40,193 nucleotides of DNA from Candidatus Zixiibacteriota bacterium (GTDB lineage Bacteria; Zixibacteria; MSB-5A5; CAIYYT01): contig JBECKX010000023.1 in assembly GCA_040235515.1 (NCBI GenBank), positions 1 to 40,193 of the forward strand, in the 5' to 3' direction. The position numbers and the translations under genes were made by a program. The notes under the pieces are model-generated. The model had not been told where the DNA came from. It did not search any database and was given only the letters and a program-made list of their open reading frames with translations. Below are positions 19,366 through 29,591 of this stretch, in pieces (the stretch's first letter is position 1; each line of letters opens with the position of its first letter).

Positions 19366-20463
19366 GTGGCAAAAGATATCAGGACAATCGGAATTCTGAC
19401 CGGGGGAGGAGATTGCCCCGGCTTGAATGCTGTCATCAGGGCTGCGGTGCTTTCGGCGAGTCGCGAGCATGGCTGGATCCTGGTTGGATTTCAGGATGGC
19501 TACGAGGGACTGATCAACCAGCGCTATATCAACCTGACGCCTCAGGCTGTGCGTGGGATCCTGCCACGCGGCGGGACGATCCTCTGGACCTCAAACAAGG
19601 GCAATCCGTTCGAATGGCGGGTCAAGGAAGGGGATGGCTTCAAGGAAGTCGACATGTCTGAAAAAGTAATGGAGACCATCGACCAGCTCGGCATCGAAGC
19701 GCTCATGGTGATCGGTGGTGACGGCACGATGGCGGTCTCCAAGCAGTTTCAGGAGCGCTACGGGTTGAATGTGGTCGGCGTTCCGAAGACGATCGACAAC
19801 GACCTCAAGGCGACGGAAGTCACCTTCGGATTCGCTACCGCTGTTGTCACAGCCACTGAGGCGATCGACAAACTGCATTCCACGGCAGAGAGCCATCACC
19901 GCTGTATGGTGCTCGAGGTCATGGGGCGCTACACCGGCTGGATTGCGCTCGAATCGGGTGTGGCCGGAGGCGCGGATGTTATCCTGATTCCTGAGATTCC
20001 GTACGACATGGAAAAAGTGTATGACAAGATTCAGCATCGTCGCAGCCGTGGATCGAACTTCTCGATCATAGTCGTCGCCGAAGGCGCCAAACCGCTGGAT
20101 GGAGACGTCACCCTGCAAAATCCTGAGGAGAAGGGTACGATCCATGAGAAGCTCGGCGGCATCAGCTTCAAGGTTGCCGACATGATCGAACGCGAAACCG
20201 GCATGGTATCACGCGCAACGGTGCTGGGGCATCTTCAGCGCGGTGGCACGCCTTGCTCCTTCGACCGCTACCTGGCGACACGCTTCGGGAAAAAGGCGGT
20301 TGATCTGCTGGCGCAGAAGAAGTATGGACATATGGTGTGCTATCGTGGAGGCAAGATAGAGAGTACTCAGATCGCGGACGCGATCGGTGGCTTCAAGCAT
20401 GTTGATCCCAATGGTGAAGCGGTTCGTACAGCCGAGGCGCTGGGGATCAGTTTTGGTCGTTAA
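19366..20463 (+). CDS. pfkA: 6-phosphofructokinase (group III / mixed-substrate type, probably ATP-dependent)
   Basis: TGGGDCPGLN, GGDGT, PKTIDND, EVMGR, LGHLQRGG. Confidence 0.93.
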   Translation: MAKDIRTIGILTGGGDCPGLNAVIRAAVLSASREHGWILVGFQDGYEGLINQRYINLTPQAVRGILPRGGTILWTSNKGNPFEWRVKEGDGFKEVDMSEKVMETIDQLGIEALMVIGGDGTMAVSKQFQERYGLNVVGVPKTIDNDLKATEVTFGFATAVVTATEAIDKLHSTAESHHRCMVLEVMGRYTGWIALESGVAGGADVILIPEIPYDMEKVYDKIQHRRSRGSNFSIIVVAEGAKPLDGDVTLQNPEEKGTIHEKLGGISFKVADMIERETGMVSRATVLGHLQRGGTPCSFDRYLATRFGKKAVDLLAQKKYGHMVCYRGGKIESTQIADAIGGFKHVDPNGEAVRTAEALGISFGR

Positions 20464-20677
20464 CTTCGGCGCTAGCTATTGATGCAGATGCGGATCTGTC
20501 GGTTGCAGTTTTACCCATTAATCACGGTACCACGGCGCTTCGCTTGATACCGCTGCCCCAAAGACCTCTTTTACAGAAACGGTCTCAATCCCCCGGACCA
20601 GAACAAACGCTCCGTGCTGCTGCACGCACCGAGTGGTGCACGCTCCGACTGCTATAGCGATTAGCCTGCGTTAGCGA

Positions 20678-20857
20678 TTAGCCAGCGTTTTGTGTCCCCG
20701 GACGCATAGCTCGTATCATGCCGTAGTCGTCATTGAGTATTTTGTTGGTGACCTTGACGAATTTCTCCGGCGAGAGTGATTGCAGACGGTACGATACCCA
20801 ATACTGCTTGCGCGGCTTCGGTGGCAAGTCGCTGGGGTGTGGTAACTTCTTGGGCAT
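20678..20857 (-). CDS. Small basic hypothetical protein (59 aa)
   Basis: AGGAG 6 nt upstream of ATG; MPKKLPHPSDLPPKPRKQYWVSYRLQSLSPEKFVKVTNKILNDDYGMIRAMRPGTQNAG. Confidence 0.5.
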   Translation of the reverse strand: MPKKLPHPSDLPPKPRKQYWVSYRLQSLSPEKFVKVTNKILNDDYGMIRAMRPGTQNAG

Positions 20858-21192
20858 AGCTGCTCCTATGCTGCTATTGAGATGTGGTGTGTAGGGTTCC
20901 GAGGCCCAGCCTAAAATTAGCAGGGTGCTCCAAAAGTTGCTCTTCTTCAATATAGAAATATTGTGTTCGAAAAGTTGCAAAATCTGGCAAAACTCCCGGC
21001 TGTCTGCAACTTGCGCCAGATGCTGCAAAATATCGTGCTCGCCTAGTTGTGACGCGGACAGGGTCGCTTTTGTTTGCTTTTGGATTATTAGTTTTTTGTA
21101 CTGAATTGGTCATTTTTGCCGTCTCAGCCGGAGCGGCTGGAAGCGTAGAACCTTTGAGCCGACGGCTCGGAAGCTGCTAAATGGCTTTTGGC

Positions 21193-21221
21193 TTGACAGG
21201 CACAATCGTCATTCATATTAT
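21193..21221 (+). promoter_or_regulatory. sigma70-type promoter of the tRNA operon
   Basis: TTGACA (21193-21198), 17-bp spacer, TATTAT (21216-21221), 21 nt before the tRNA. Confidence 0.8.
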
Positions 21222-21242
21222 GAATAGCTATAGTCGGCGATT

Positions 21243-21316
21243 GGGCCCATAGCTCAGTTGGTTAGAGCAACTGACTCATAATCAGTGGGTCGCAGGTTCG
21301 AGCCCTGCTGGGCCCA
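21243..21316 (+). tRNA. tRNA with CAT anticodon, most likely tRNA-Ile2 (lysidine-modified); CCA not encoded
   Basis: Cloverleaf GGGCCCA..TGGGCCC-A, anticodon arm ACTGA-CTCATAA-TCAGT, GGTTCGA T-loop; resembles E. coli ileX rather than Met tRNAs. Confidence 0.9.
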
Positions 21317-21370
21317 TATGATTGACAACAGGTTAGCAGCCGCCGCAGAGCTGAGATCTTTGATTTGAGC

Positions 21371-21447
21371 GGGCAATTAGCTCAGTTGGTTAGAGCGTTC
21401 GGTTCACATCCGAGAGGTCACTGGTTCAAATCCAGTATTGCCCACCA
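21371..21447 (+). tRNA. tRNA-Val(CAC)
   Basis: GGGCAAT..ATTGCCC-ACCA, anticodon arm TTCGG-TTCACAT-CCGAG, GGTTCAAATCC T-arm. Confidence 0.95.
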
Positions 21448-21537
21448 TATAGGAAATATTTGAGGTACACTGGTGACGCCGGTACTGAAACTGATACAAG
21501 ACGCTACAACCGAACATCGAAGAAAGAAAAGTACGAG

Positions 21538-21568
21538 ATGCACTGAGAAGATCAGTGCGTTTTTTTTT
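21538..21568 (+). terminator. Intrinsic terminator or attenuator after the tRNAs
   Basis: ATGCACTGA-GAAGA-TCAGTGCGT stem ending in a run of 9 T. Confidence 0.8.
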
Positions 21569-21610
21569 ACTGTTTCGGCCCGCAGCCTCTATCCCCGGAG
21601 GGCGCATTAG

Positions 21611-22321
21611 ATGCATGAAGATTTACGACTACTGAAGGAACTGCAAGACATTGACTACTGGATCGGTGAACTGGAGCGATCCAAGGAATTCCTGCCCGGA
21701 ATGATGAGGGACCTCGAGAATGAGATCGAGAGGGTCTCGAATGATTTCAAGCTGAAGAAGGAAAGACTGACGCAAGCCCAGGTCGAGTTGAAAGAACTCG
21801 AATTGCGGGTCAATGAGAACAAAGAGCATATCAAGAAATTCCAGGATCAGATGCTCACGATCAAGACCAACAAAGAATATGATGCACTGGTCGCGCAGAT
21901 CGAGTCGGCCAAAGTACAGGTGACCGCCGACGAAGAACAGTCGCTGGAATTGATGAATGAAATCGAGGAGCTGAAGGCGGAAGTCCAGGACCTCGAGAGC
22001 CGCCAGGATGATATTACGGCCAACTACAAGGAACGCCTCGAAGCCCTCCAGAAGCAGCTTGACTCGGTGCAGGGGAAAGTCGACGAGAAAGAGGCGCATC
22101 GCGACCACTTGAAGGCAAAAGTGCCGAAGCAGGCGATGTCGATCTACGAGCGCGTCCGCCGGGGTAAGGGCGCCGATGTCGTAGTCAGGCTCAAACGCGG
22201 CGCTTGCGGTGGCTGCTACAAATCACAACCGCCGCAGAAGATTCAGATGATCAAGAAGGGCGAAACGATTCAAACCTGTGCATCATGCGGTCGGATATTG
22301 ATCTGGGAAGGAGATGATTAG
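21611..22321 (+). CDS. Coiled-coil protein with C4-type zinc ribbon (CT398/HP0958 family)
   Basis: Long coiled coil, TNKEYDAL, C-terminal CGGC...CASCGRIL. Confidence 0.9.
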   Translation: MHEDLRLLKELQDIDYWIGELERSKEFLPGMMRDLENEIERVSNDFKLKKERLTQAQVELKELELRVNENKEHIKKFQDQMLTIKTNKEYDALVAQIESAKVQVTADEEQSLELMNEIEELKAEVQDLESRQDDITANYKERLEALQKQLDSVQGKVDEKEAHRDHLKAKVPKQAMSIYERVRRGKGADVVVRLKRGACGGCYKSQPPQKIQMIKKGETIQTCASCGRILIWEGDD

Positions 22322-22324
22322 CCG

Positions 22325-23806
22325 ATGGCTGGTCTGCTTGAGAATAAAGTGCTCGAGAATCCTGGCCTGACGTTCGATGACGTCCTGATTGTGCCTGCCA
22401 GGTCGGAGGTGCATCCGCGCGATGTCGATGTCTCCAGCTTCCTGACGCGCAACATCAGGCTGAATATACCGATCATTTCTGCGGCCATGGATACCGTCAC
22501 TGAGTCTGATCTGGCGATCTCACTCGCCCGCGAGGGTGGAATCGGGATTATCCACAAGAATATGTCGATTCAGTCGCAGGCGGCGGAGGTTGACAAAGTG
22601 AAGCGATCCGAGGCCGGCATGATCGTCAATCCGATCACGCTCAGCCGCGACAAGACCGTGGCTGACGCGCTCCAGTTGATGCGACGCTACTCGATCTCCG
22701 GTATCCCGGTCGTTGAAGGCGAGAGGCTGGTCGGAATCCTGACTAATCGCGACTTGCGGTTCCATCCCAAGCCTGACACCCCGGTCGCCGATGTGATGAC
22801 CCACAAAGACCTGGTCACCGTTCCGGAGGGGACTACACCGGAAGAGGCGGTAGAGAAGCTTCACCAGCACCGTATCGAGAAGCTTCCGATCGTTGATAAG
22901 AATATGAACTTGAAGGGGATGATTACCTTCAAGGATATCATGAAGAAACTCCGCTACCCCAGCGCCTGCAAGGATGCCGGGGGACGGCTCAGGGTCGGCG
23001 CAGCGCTCGGAGTTGGAAAAGATATGATCCCGCGCGCCGAGGCGATGATTGAAGTGGGCGTGGATGTCCTCTGCCTCGACAGCTCGCACGGTCACTCGCT
23101 GGGTGTGTTGAGCGCGGCCAGGGAGCTAAAGAAACGATTTGCGAACACCGAGTTGATCGCAGGCAATATCGCGACCACAGAAGGCGCCAGAGCGCTGATC
23201 GACGTCGGTGTCGACGCCGTCAAGGTGGGAATAGGCCCCGGGGCCATCTGCACCACGCGTGTGATCACCGGCGGCGGCGTACCACAGGTTACTGCAATCA
23301 TGTCCGCCGTGGAGGCGGCTGCGGAGGCAAACATCCCGGTGATCGCGGATGGTGGAATTCGCTATTCCGGTGACATCTGCAAGGCCCTGGCGGCGGGTGC
23401 CCACTCGGTAATGGTAGGCTCGCTGTTGGCCGGCACGGATGAGTCTCCGGGCGAAACCGTGCTATTGGAGGGGCGCAGCTTCAAGGTTTACCGCGGCATG
23501 GGTTCGATTGGCGCGATGAAAGATGGCGCCAAAGATCGCTACTTCCAGGAAGATACTGCTGATGTCAGCAAGCTGGTGCCGGAAGGGATCGAGGGCCGTG
23601 TTCCGTATAAGGGAAAGCTCTCAGATATGATATTCCAGCTTGTCGGCGGGCTTCGCTCCGGTATGGGGCTGAGCGGGTCGAAGGATGTGGAAGCCTTGCG
23701 TTTGAACGCAAAGTTTATTAAGGTGAGTTCAGCCGGATTTCGGGAAGGGCATCCGCATGATGTTACGATCAGCAAGGAAGCCCCGAATTACCGGATGATG
23801 TATTAG
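22325..23806 (+). CDS. guaB: IMP dehydrogenase
   Basis: [18 protein letters not shown] pair, [23 protein letters not shown]. Confidence 0.97.
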   Translation: MAGLLENKVLENPGLTFDDVLIVPARSEVHPRDVDVSSFLTRNIRLNIPIISAAMDTVTESDLAISLAREGGIGIIHKNMSIQSQAAEVDKVKRSEAGMIVNPITLSRDKTVADALQLMRRYSISGIPVVEGERLVGILTNRDLRFHPKPDTPVADVMTHKDLVTVPEGTTPEEAVEKLHQHRIEKLPIVDKNMNLKGMITFKDIMKKLRYPSACKDAGGRLRVGAALGVGKDMIPRAEAMIEVGVDVLCLDSSHGHSLGVLSAARELKKRFANTELIAGNIATTEGARALIDVGVDAVKVGIGPGAICTTRVITGGGVPQVTAIMSAVEAAAEANIPVIADGGIRYSGDICKALAAGAHSVMVGSLLAGTDESPGETVLLEGRSFKVYRGMGSIGAMKDGAKDRYFQEDTADVSKLVPEGIEGRVPYKGKLSDMIFQLVGGLRSGMGLSGSKDVEALRLNAKFIKVSSAGFREGHPHDVTISKEAPNYRMMY

Positions 23807-23949
23807 ACCGTCTTATTTGTCAGTACGGACCAAAGGGTCACGTGCTCACGACAGATCTCTCCGGGCTGGTGGGCGTATTGAAATCGACTGCTCACCTGGG
23901 CCTGGGACGATCTGCTTATTTATTTGAGATAATAATTGCTGGTTTTGTT

Positions 23950-24307
23950 CTGAAGCAGGCGACGCAGTCGCGCCCTGATGCTGTCAGGGCGAGGAAAGTC
24001 CGAGCTTCGCTGAGCAGGATACCTCCTAACCGGAGGGCGGAGTGATCCGACGGAAAGTGCAACAGAAAGTATACCGCCTCGGTAACCCGGGGTAAGGGTG
24101 AAACGGTGGTGTAAGAGACCACCAGCGGAGAGGGAAACCTTTCCGGATCGGCAAACCCTATCCGAAGCAAGACCGAATAGGAGAGGAGAGGTGCTCAGAC
24201 TCGCTACTACTCTCGGGTAGGTCGCTGGAGGGTTCGTGAAAACGGACTCGCAGATAAATGACTGCAGGCTATTAGCTTAACAGAACTCGGCTTATGTCCT
24301 GCTTCAG
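23950..24307 (+). ncRNA. rnpB: RNase P RNA, bacterial class A
   Basis: P1 CTGAAGCAGG/CCTGCTTCAG; conserved GAGGAAAGTCCGAGC, GAAAGTGCAACAGAA, GGTGAAACGGTGGTGTAAGAG, AACAGAACTCGGCTTAT. Confidence 0.96.
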
Positions 24308-24332
24308 GCAAATTTCTTAGGACGAGGATATT

Positions 24333-26051
24333 TTGATTTCCAAAAATCGAGTCAAAATGCAGTGGGTCGTCGCGCCCTCGCCTGACTTCCATTTGGTTGA
24401 CGATCTCACCAAAAAACTCGATCTCCCACCGCTGATCATCAGGATTCTGGTCAGTCGCGGATTGACTGATCCCGATGAGATCACGCGCTTCATCAGCCCG
24501 AACATGTCAGATCTTATCGATCCGTTCGAGATCCCCGGCCTTGAACAGGGCGTCGAGCGGTTGCTGCAGGCGCTACGCGACAACGAGACGATTATGATCT
24601 ACGGCGACTACGATGTCGACGGTATTACCGCTTCTTCGCTGATGTTCCTGATCCTCAACAAGCTGGGCGCGAATGTCCATTACTACCTCCCGAACCGATT
24701 GGTAGAGGGCTATGGGCTGTCGGAGGATGGTATCCTGGAAGCGGAGCGGAAGCAGGCATCGGTCATCATCTCAGTTGATACCGGAATCACCGCCAACGCG
24801 GAAGTCGAGTATGCCAAGGAAAAATGTATCGATTGCATCATCACCGATCACCATGAGCCGGGAGAGGTGACGCCGAATGCGGCAGCGGTCGTAAACCCGA
24901 AACTCTCGACCGAGGGTCCCGGGCGAGAACTGGCCGGCGTCGGTGTGGCGTTCAAATTCGCGCAGGGGCTCTATCGCAAGCTGGGACAGGATGAATCAGA
25001 ATTGAATGAACATCTTGATCTGGTAGCCCTGGGGACTTCTGCGGACGTTGTTCCCCTGGTTCACGAAAACCGCATTCTTACCCACTTCGGGATCGATCAG
25101 ATAATGCGATCCTCGAAACCGGGCTTGAAATCTCTTGTATTCGAATGCGACCTGATGGGCAAGGAGATTACGACCAGCCAGATCGTGTTCATCATCGCGC
25201 CACGCATCAACGCCGTGGGGAGGCTCGGGGGAGCTGAGAAGGCGATCAAGCTGATGACTACCAAGGACCCGCAGACTGCCAGTTCGATTGCAAAGTTTCT
25301 TGAGGTGGAGAATCGCCGCCGGAAGACCATCGATGAAAACACGCTTGAGGAAGCCCTCCAGCAGATCGAGGAGTCGATCGACCTTGAGAACGACAAAGCA
25401 ATCGTGCTCAACTCAGAGGGTTGGCATCAGGGCGTAATAGGGATCGTGGCATCGCGCCTCGTTGAGCGTTACTACCTGCCGACCGTGCTGATAGCCGTCG
25501 ATAATGGCGAAGGCAAGGGTTCGGGCCGCTCGATTCCCGGATTTCACCTATACGACGCACTCAAACAGTGCGAAGACCTGCTGCTTCGTTTCGGTGGGCA
25601 CAAGTATGCTGCCGGTATGTCGATCGCTCCGGATAAGATTGATGAGTTCAAGCGTCGCTTTAAACGTGTCGCGGCAGAAAACCTCAAGCCGGAGGACCTG
25701 GTTCGCAAGCTTCATATCGATGCCGAGCTTGATCTGGATGAGGTGGATTTTGAGCTGGTAGAGATGCTCGAACGTTTCGCCCCCTTCGGCCCGGAGAACA
25801 TGAAACCGGTTTTTGTTACCCGTAAACTGCACATCGTTGGACGACCCTATGTCGTAGGGCGGGGACACCTGCGCATGAAGGTCCGATCCGGTCGGAAGGT
25901 ATTCGACGTGATCGGTTTCGGCTTCGGTGACTTTGCGGAGCCGCTTTCCATGCATGGTGTTGATTTTGATATGGCCTATGTTGTAGAGAAGAATCACTAC
26001 CAGGGTGTCACCAAGATCCAGCTTCGCGTCAAAGATATCAGCTGGGGCTAG
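24333..26051 (+). CDS. recJ: Single-stranded-DNA exonuclease RecJ
   Basis: GDYDVDG, DHH, APRINAVGRL, GSGRS, GGH, PFGPEN. Confidence 0.96.
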   Translation: MISKNRVKMQWVVAPSPDFHLVDDLTKKLDLPPLIIRILVSRGLTDPDEITRFISPNMSDLIDPFEIPGLEQGVERLLQALRDNETIMIYGDYDVDGITASSLMFLILNKLGANVHYYLPNRLVEGYGLSEDGILEAERKQASVIISVDTGITANAEVEYAKEKCIDCIITDHHEPGEVTPNAAAVVNPKLSTEGPGRELAGVGVAFKFAQGLYRKLGQDESELNEHLDLVALGTSADVVPLVHENRILTHFGIDQIMRSSKPGLKSLVFECDLMGKEITTSQIVFIIAPRINAVGRLGGAEKAIKLMTTKDPQTASSIAKFLEVENRRRKTIDENTLEEALQQIEESIDLENDKAIVLNSEGWHQGVIGIVASRLVERYYLPTVLIAVDNGEGKGSGRSIPGFHLYDALKQCEDLLLRFGGHKYAAGMSIAPDKIDEFKRRFKRVAAENLKPEDLVRKLHIDAELDLDEVDFELVEMLERFAPFGPENMKPVFVTRKLHIVGRPYVVGRGHLRMKVRSGRKVFDVIGFGFGDFAEPLSMHGVDFDMAYVVEKNHYQGVTKIQLRVKDISWG

Positions 26052-26058
26052 TCCGCGC

Positions 26059-27015
26059 ATGACCATCCTCGAGCAGTTCAGGCAGGGTGACCGCCGTGCA
26101 CTCTCCCGCATCATAACTCATGTAGAAAACCGTCGTTCAAATTACCGCGAATTGCTCGCTGAGGTTTCGCGGCAGGAGCGGAAGGCTTACCGCATCGGAA
26201 TCACCGGTCCACCCGGTGCCGGCAAATCGACGCTGGTGGATGCGATAATCACCCGCTATGCCCGGCAGGACTTGAAAATCGGGGTCATCGCCGTTGATCC
26301 CTCCTCACCGTTCACCGGTGGGGCGCTGCTGGGTGACAGGGTACGAATGCAGCACCTGGCAAATATGGAGAATGTTTTTGTCCGCAGTATGGCCTCCCGT
26401 GGGCAGACCGGCGGAATCGCCGCTGCGACCCGCGATGTGGTCCGGGTGCTGGATGCCTTCGGAATGGACCTGATCCTGATCGAGACCGTGGGAATCGGTC
26501 AGATCGAACTCGACATCGTCGAGGCGTGCGATACGGTGGTCGTGATCCTGGTGCCTGAGTCGGGCGATATGATTCAGACAATGAAAGCTGGACTGATGGA
26601 GATCGCTGATGTATTTTGTGTCAATAAGATTGATCGGGCCGGTGGCGAGCGCCTGCTCGGCATTCTGAACACGATGATACATGAGCGGCTCGGAGAAGAT
26701 GACGAAGAAATCCAAGCCGTTGGTACAAACGGGGTAACGGGTGATGGTGTAGACTTATTGTTGGACAAAATCGCCCAGCACCGCCGTATCATTACGGACA
26801 ATGGCGAATTTGAAGCTCGCCGCAAGCGGCAACTGAAGAGCGAGATCATTTTTACGGTCAGGGACCGGGTCGCGCGCGATCTAGACAAGCTGCTGGATTT
26901 CGACGCCGAGTTCGAGTCGATGAGCGAGAGGCTGTTGACGGGCGAGACTGATCCGTACAGCGTCGCGGATGAAATTTATGAACACTATTTCCGAGGGAGA
27001 CTGGTAAATGGCTGA
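26059..27015 (+). CDS. meaB: MeaB/ArgK-family GTPase chaperone of a B12 mutase
   Basis: [35 protein letters not shown]. Start placed at ATG 26059, just after the recJ stop. Confidence 0.92.
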   Translation: MTILEQFRQGDRRALSRIITHVENRRSNYRELLAEVSRQERKAYRIGITGPPGAGKSTLVDAIITRYARQDLKIGVIAVDPSSPFTGGALLGDRVRMQHLANMENVFVRSMASRGQTGGIAAATRDVVRVLDAFGMDLILIETVGIGQIELDIVEACDTVVVILVPESGDMIQTMKAGLMEIADVFCVNKIDRAGGERLLGILNTMIHERLGEDDEEIQAVGTNGVTGDGVDLLLDKIAQHRRIITDNGEFEARRKRQLKSEIIFTVRDRVARDLDKLLDFDAEFESMSERLLTGETDPYSVADEIYEHYFRGRLVNG

Positions 27016-28714
27016 CGTCAGCGAGAAAGCTAAGCAGGCTAAGGATACTCCCGAACATAAGTTCGAACAGCAACTCAAACAAGCCTACGATGAATGGAAG
27101 GCAAAGGCCGAAGCCAAGACCGACAACAGCAAGAAGTATGTCACGGTCTCTTCCGCGCCGGTTAAGCCCTTATATACGCCTGAGGACACCAAGAATCTGG
27201 ATTTCTTCAGGGATCTGAATTTCCCGGGCGAATTCCCCTACACGCGCGGCATCCATCCATCGATGTATCGAGGCAAACCCTGGACACAGCGGCAGTTCTC
27301 CGGAATGGGAACTCCCGAAGAGACCAACAGACGTTACAAGTATCTGCTGGAGCAGGGACAGCATGGCCTCTCGGTTGCATTTGATCTGCCGACCCTGATG
27401 GGCTACGATTCCGACCATGAATTCTCATTAGGTGAGGTTGGCAAATGTGGTGTCGCGGTCGATTCGTTGCTCGACATGGAGAAAATCTTCGACGGGATCG
27501 ATCTGTCGAAAATCTCAACTTCGATGACTATCAACGCCCCGGCTTCCGTTCTGCTGGCGATGTATATCGTGGTGGCTGAGAAGCAGGGTGTCAAGATGGA
27601 GAATCTGCGCGGGACGCTTCAGAATGATATCCTCAAGGAATATATCGCCCAGAAGGAATGGATCTATCCGCCGGAACCGGCAGTCAAGCTGATCGTGGAT
27701 ACGATCGAGTTCGGCACAAAGCATATGCCACAATGGAATACAATTTCGATTTCCGGCTACCATATTCGCGAAGCGGGGGCGACCGCGGTGCAGGAGCTGG
27801 CGTTCACCCTTGCGGATGGTTTTACTTACATCGAAAAGTCGATCGAGCGGGGCCTTGACGTTGATGACTTCGCGCCCCGGCTCTCATTCTTCTTTAATGC
27901 CCACATGGATTTCTTCGAAGAGATCGCCAAGTACCGGGCAGCGCGCAGGATTTACGCAAAGCGGATGCGCTACAAATATAAAGCCAAGAACCCGCGCTCC
28001 TGGATGTGTCGCTTCCATACGCAGACGGCGGGCTGTTCTCTCAACGCTCAGCAGCCGGAGTTGAACCTGATCCGCACGGCCTACGAGGCGATGTCTGCGG
28101 CGCTCGGTGGAACCCAGTCGCTACATACCAATTCGATGGATGAGACACTCGCCCTGCCGTCCGACAAGGCGGCATTGCTCGCACTGCGCACGCAGCAGGT
28201 GCTGGCGCATGAGACGGGAGTCGTCAACACGATCGACCCGCTGGCGGGATCGTATTTTGTCGAGGCGATGACTGACCGGATGGAAGAGGAGGCGGAAGCC
28301 TACTTCGAGGAGATTGACCGACGGGGCGGAGTATTGCAGTGTATCGAAGAGGGTTATCTGCAGAAGGAACTCGCCAAGTCGGCATACGTCTATCAGCAGG
28401 AGATCGACCGGAAGGAGAGAATCATCGTCGGGGTGAATAAGTATGTCCACCAGGATGAGAAGATTGAGATCCCGATTCTGAAGATTACCGAAGAGGTCGA
28501 GCAGATTCAGCGCAAATCGATCGCGAAAGCGAAATCAATGCGCAACCAGGCTGAGGTCGATGCCAGGCTTGAGGACCTGCGCAACGCCTGCCGCAATGAT
28601 GAGAACACGATGCCGTACATCATCGAATGTGTACGCCAATATGCGACGGTCGGTGAGATCAGTCAGGCTATGAAGGATGTTTACGGCGATTACACCGAAC
28701 CGCCGATTGTGTAG
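27008..28714 (+). CDS. B12-dependent acyl-CoA mutase large subunit with isobutyryl-CoA mutase (IcmA)-like specificity residues
   Basis: [48 protein letters not shown] (not RQY) and IAQ (not xxR). Confidence 0.9.
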   Translation: MADVSEKAKQAKDTPEHKFEQQLKQAYDEWKAKAEAKTDNSKKYVTVSSAPVKPLYTPEDTKNLDFFRDLNFPGEFPYTRGIHPSMYRGKPWTQRQFSGMGTPEETNRRYKYLLEQGQHGLSVAFDLPTLMGYDSDHEFSLGEVGKCGVAVDSLLDMEKIFDGIDLSKISTSMTINAPASVLLAMYIVVAEKQGVKMENLRGTLQNDILKEYIAQKEWIYPPEPAVKLIVDTIEFGTKHMPQWNTISISGYHIREAGATAVQELAFTLADGFTYIEKSIERGLDVDDFAPRLSFFFNAHMDFFEEIAKYRAARRIYAKRMRYKYKAKNPRSWMCRFHTQTAGCSLNAQQPELNLIRTAYEAMSAALGGTQSLHTNSMDETLALPSDKAALLALRTQQVLAHETGVVNTIDPLAGSYFVEAMTDRMEEEAEAYFEEIDRRGGVLQCIEEGYLQKELAKSAYVYQQEIDRKERIIVGVNKYVHQDEKIEIPILKITEEVEQIQRKSIAKAKSMRNQAEVDARLEDLRNACRNDENTMPYIIECVRQYATVGEISQAMKDVYGDYTEPPIV

Positions 28715-28815
28715 AAGAGGATTATCAATTTGCGGGGACTCAGCAGGCTGAGCCCGAATGCACGCGGGCGCAGCACGTCGCCCTCCGGCAGAATAACATT
28801 GAACAGGATTGCAGC

Positions 28816-29241
28816 ATGAGTGATACCGACAAAATCAGAATTCTACTCGCCAAGGCGGGGCTTGATGGTCACGACAGAGGCGTGAAAGTCATTGCCGCCG
28901 CGTTCAGGGACGCAGGCTTTGAAGTGATCTACACCGGACTGCGTCAAACCCCGGCGATGATTGTGGAAGCGGCGTTGCAGGAGGATGTCGATGCTATCGG
29001 CGTCTCGCTGCTCTCCGGAGCGCACATGACGCTTTTTCCCGCGATCCACAAATTGATGCAGGAGAAGAACTGCGGTGATATGATTCTCTTCGGTGGCGGC
29101 ATCATGGATGACGAGGATATTCGCCAACTGGAAAGCCAGGGTGTGAACAAGCTGTTTGGACCCGGTACCTCGACGCAGGAGATCATCGCCTACGTTAAGA
29201 CTGCGGTTGCGGAGAAGCGGAAAAAGGAAAAGATCATGTAA
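28816..29241 (+). CDS. Cobalamin-binding small subunit of the acyl-CoA mutase
   Basis: LDGHDRG base-off/His-on motif, SLLSGAH, GGG. Confidence 0.95.
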   Translation: MSDTDKIRILLAKAGLDGHDRGVKVIAAAFRDAGFEVIYTGLRQTPAMIVEAALQEDVDAIGVSLLSGAHMTLFPAIHKLMQEKNCGDMILFGGGIMDDEDIRQLESQGVNKLFGPGTSTQEIIAYVKTAVAEKRKKEKIM

Positions 29242-29422
29242 TGTTGGTCGTCGGCCGCGTTCCGTGCCGGTTTATCCGAATCGGAGCAAGACAGACCGCG
29301 ATCGTGGATATTCGGTCGTCAGTTCTATCCGCTTGCAAGCGATGCGGCTCCGGGTTGGAACTCAGGACCATTCAAGTATTTGCGGGCAGTTAATTCATAA
29401 GGTCAGAAGGGCTGTTCGCGCT

Positions 29423-29453
29423 GGCTGAGACTCCGGTCTCAGCCTCTTTTTTT
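29423..29453 (+). terminator. Intrinsic terminator
   Basis: GGCTGAGAC-TCCG-GTCTCAGCC followed by TCTTTTTTT. Confidence 0.8.
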
Positions 29454-29591
29454 GCGCGAAACTCGAAATCGGCCGACCGCAGATCGATGCCCAAATCATC
29501 GCCCGAAAGCTCAATAAATCGGTTGATTTTTCCAAGGTCACGCGATTAATTGCGAGCTTTATGGGATGATTTAAAGTTTCCAGGAGACTCT

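Noticed and set aside
21243..21316. Calling the CAT tRNA tRNA-Met
   Set aside because: It lacks initiator features (C1:A72 mismatch, three G-C pairs in the anticodon stem) and resembles ileX-type tRNA-Ile2; elongator Met is not fully excluded.
20464..21460. Integrative element or att site at the tRNA genes
   Set aside because: No integrase and no duplicated tRNA 3' end in the window; the flanking genes are housekeeping.
21448..21610. Purine riboswitch upstream of the guaB unit
   Set aside because: The conserved purine aptamer junction and loop sequences are absent.
23842..24392. Short ORFs at 23842-24045, 23916-24170 and 24207-24392
   Set aside because: They overlap the RNase P RNA gene and are spurious.
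28715..29591. Cobalamin riboswitch near the B12 mutase
   Set aside because: No B12-box or GGGAA...GCCACTG core seen on reading either intergenic region.
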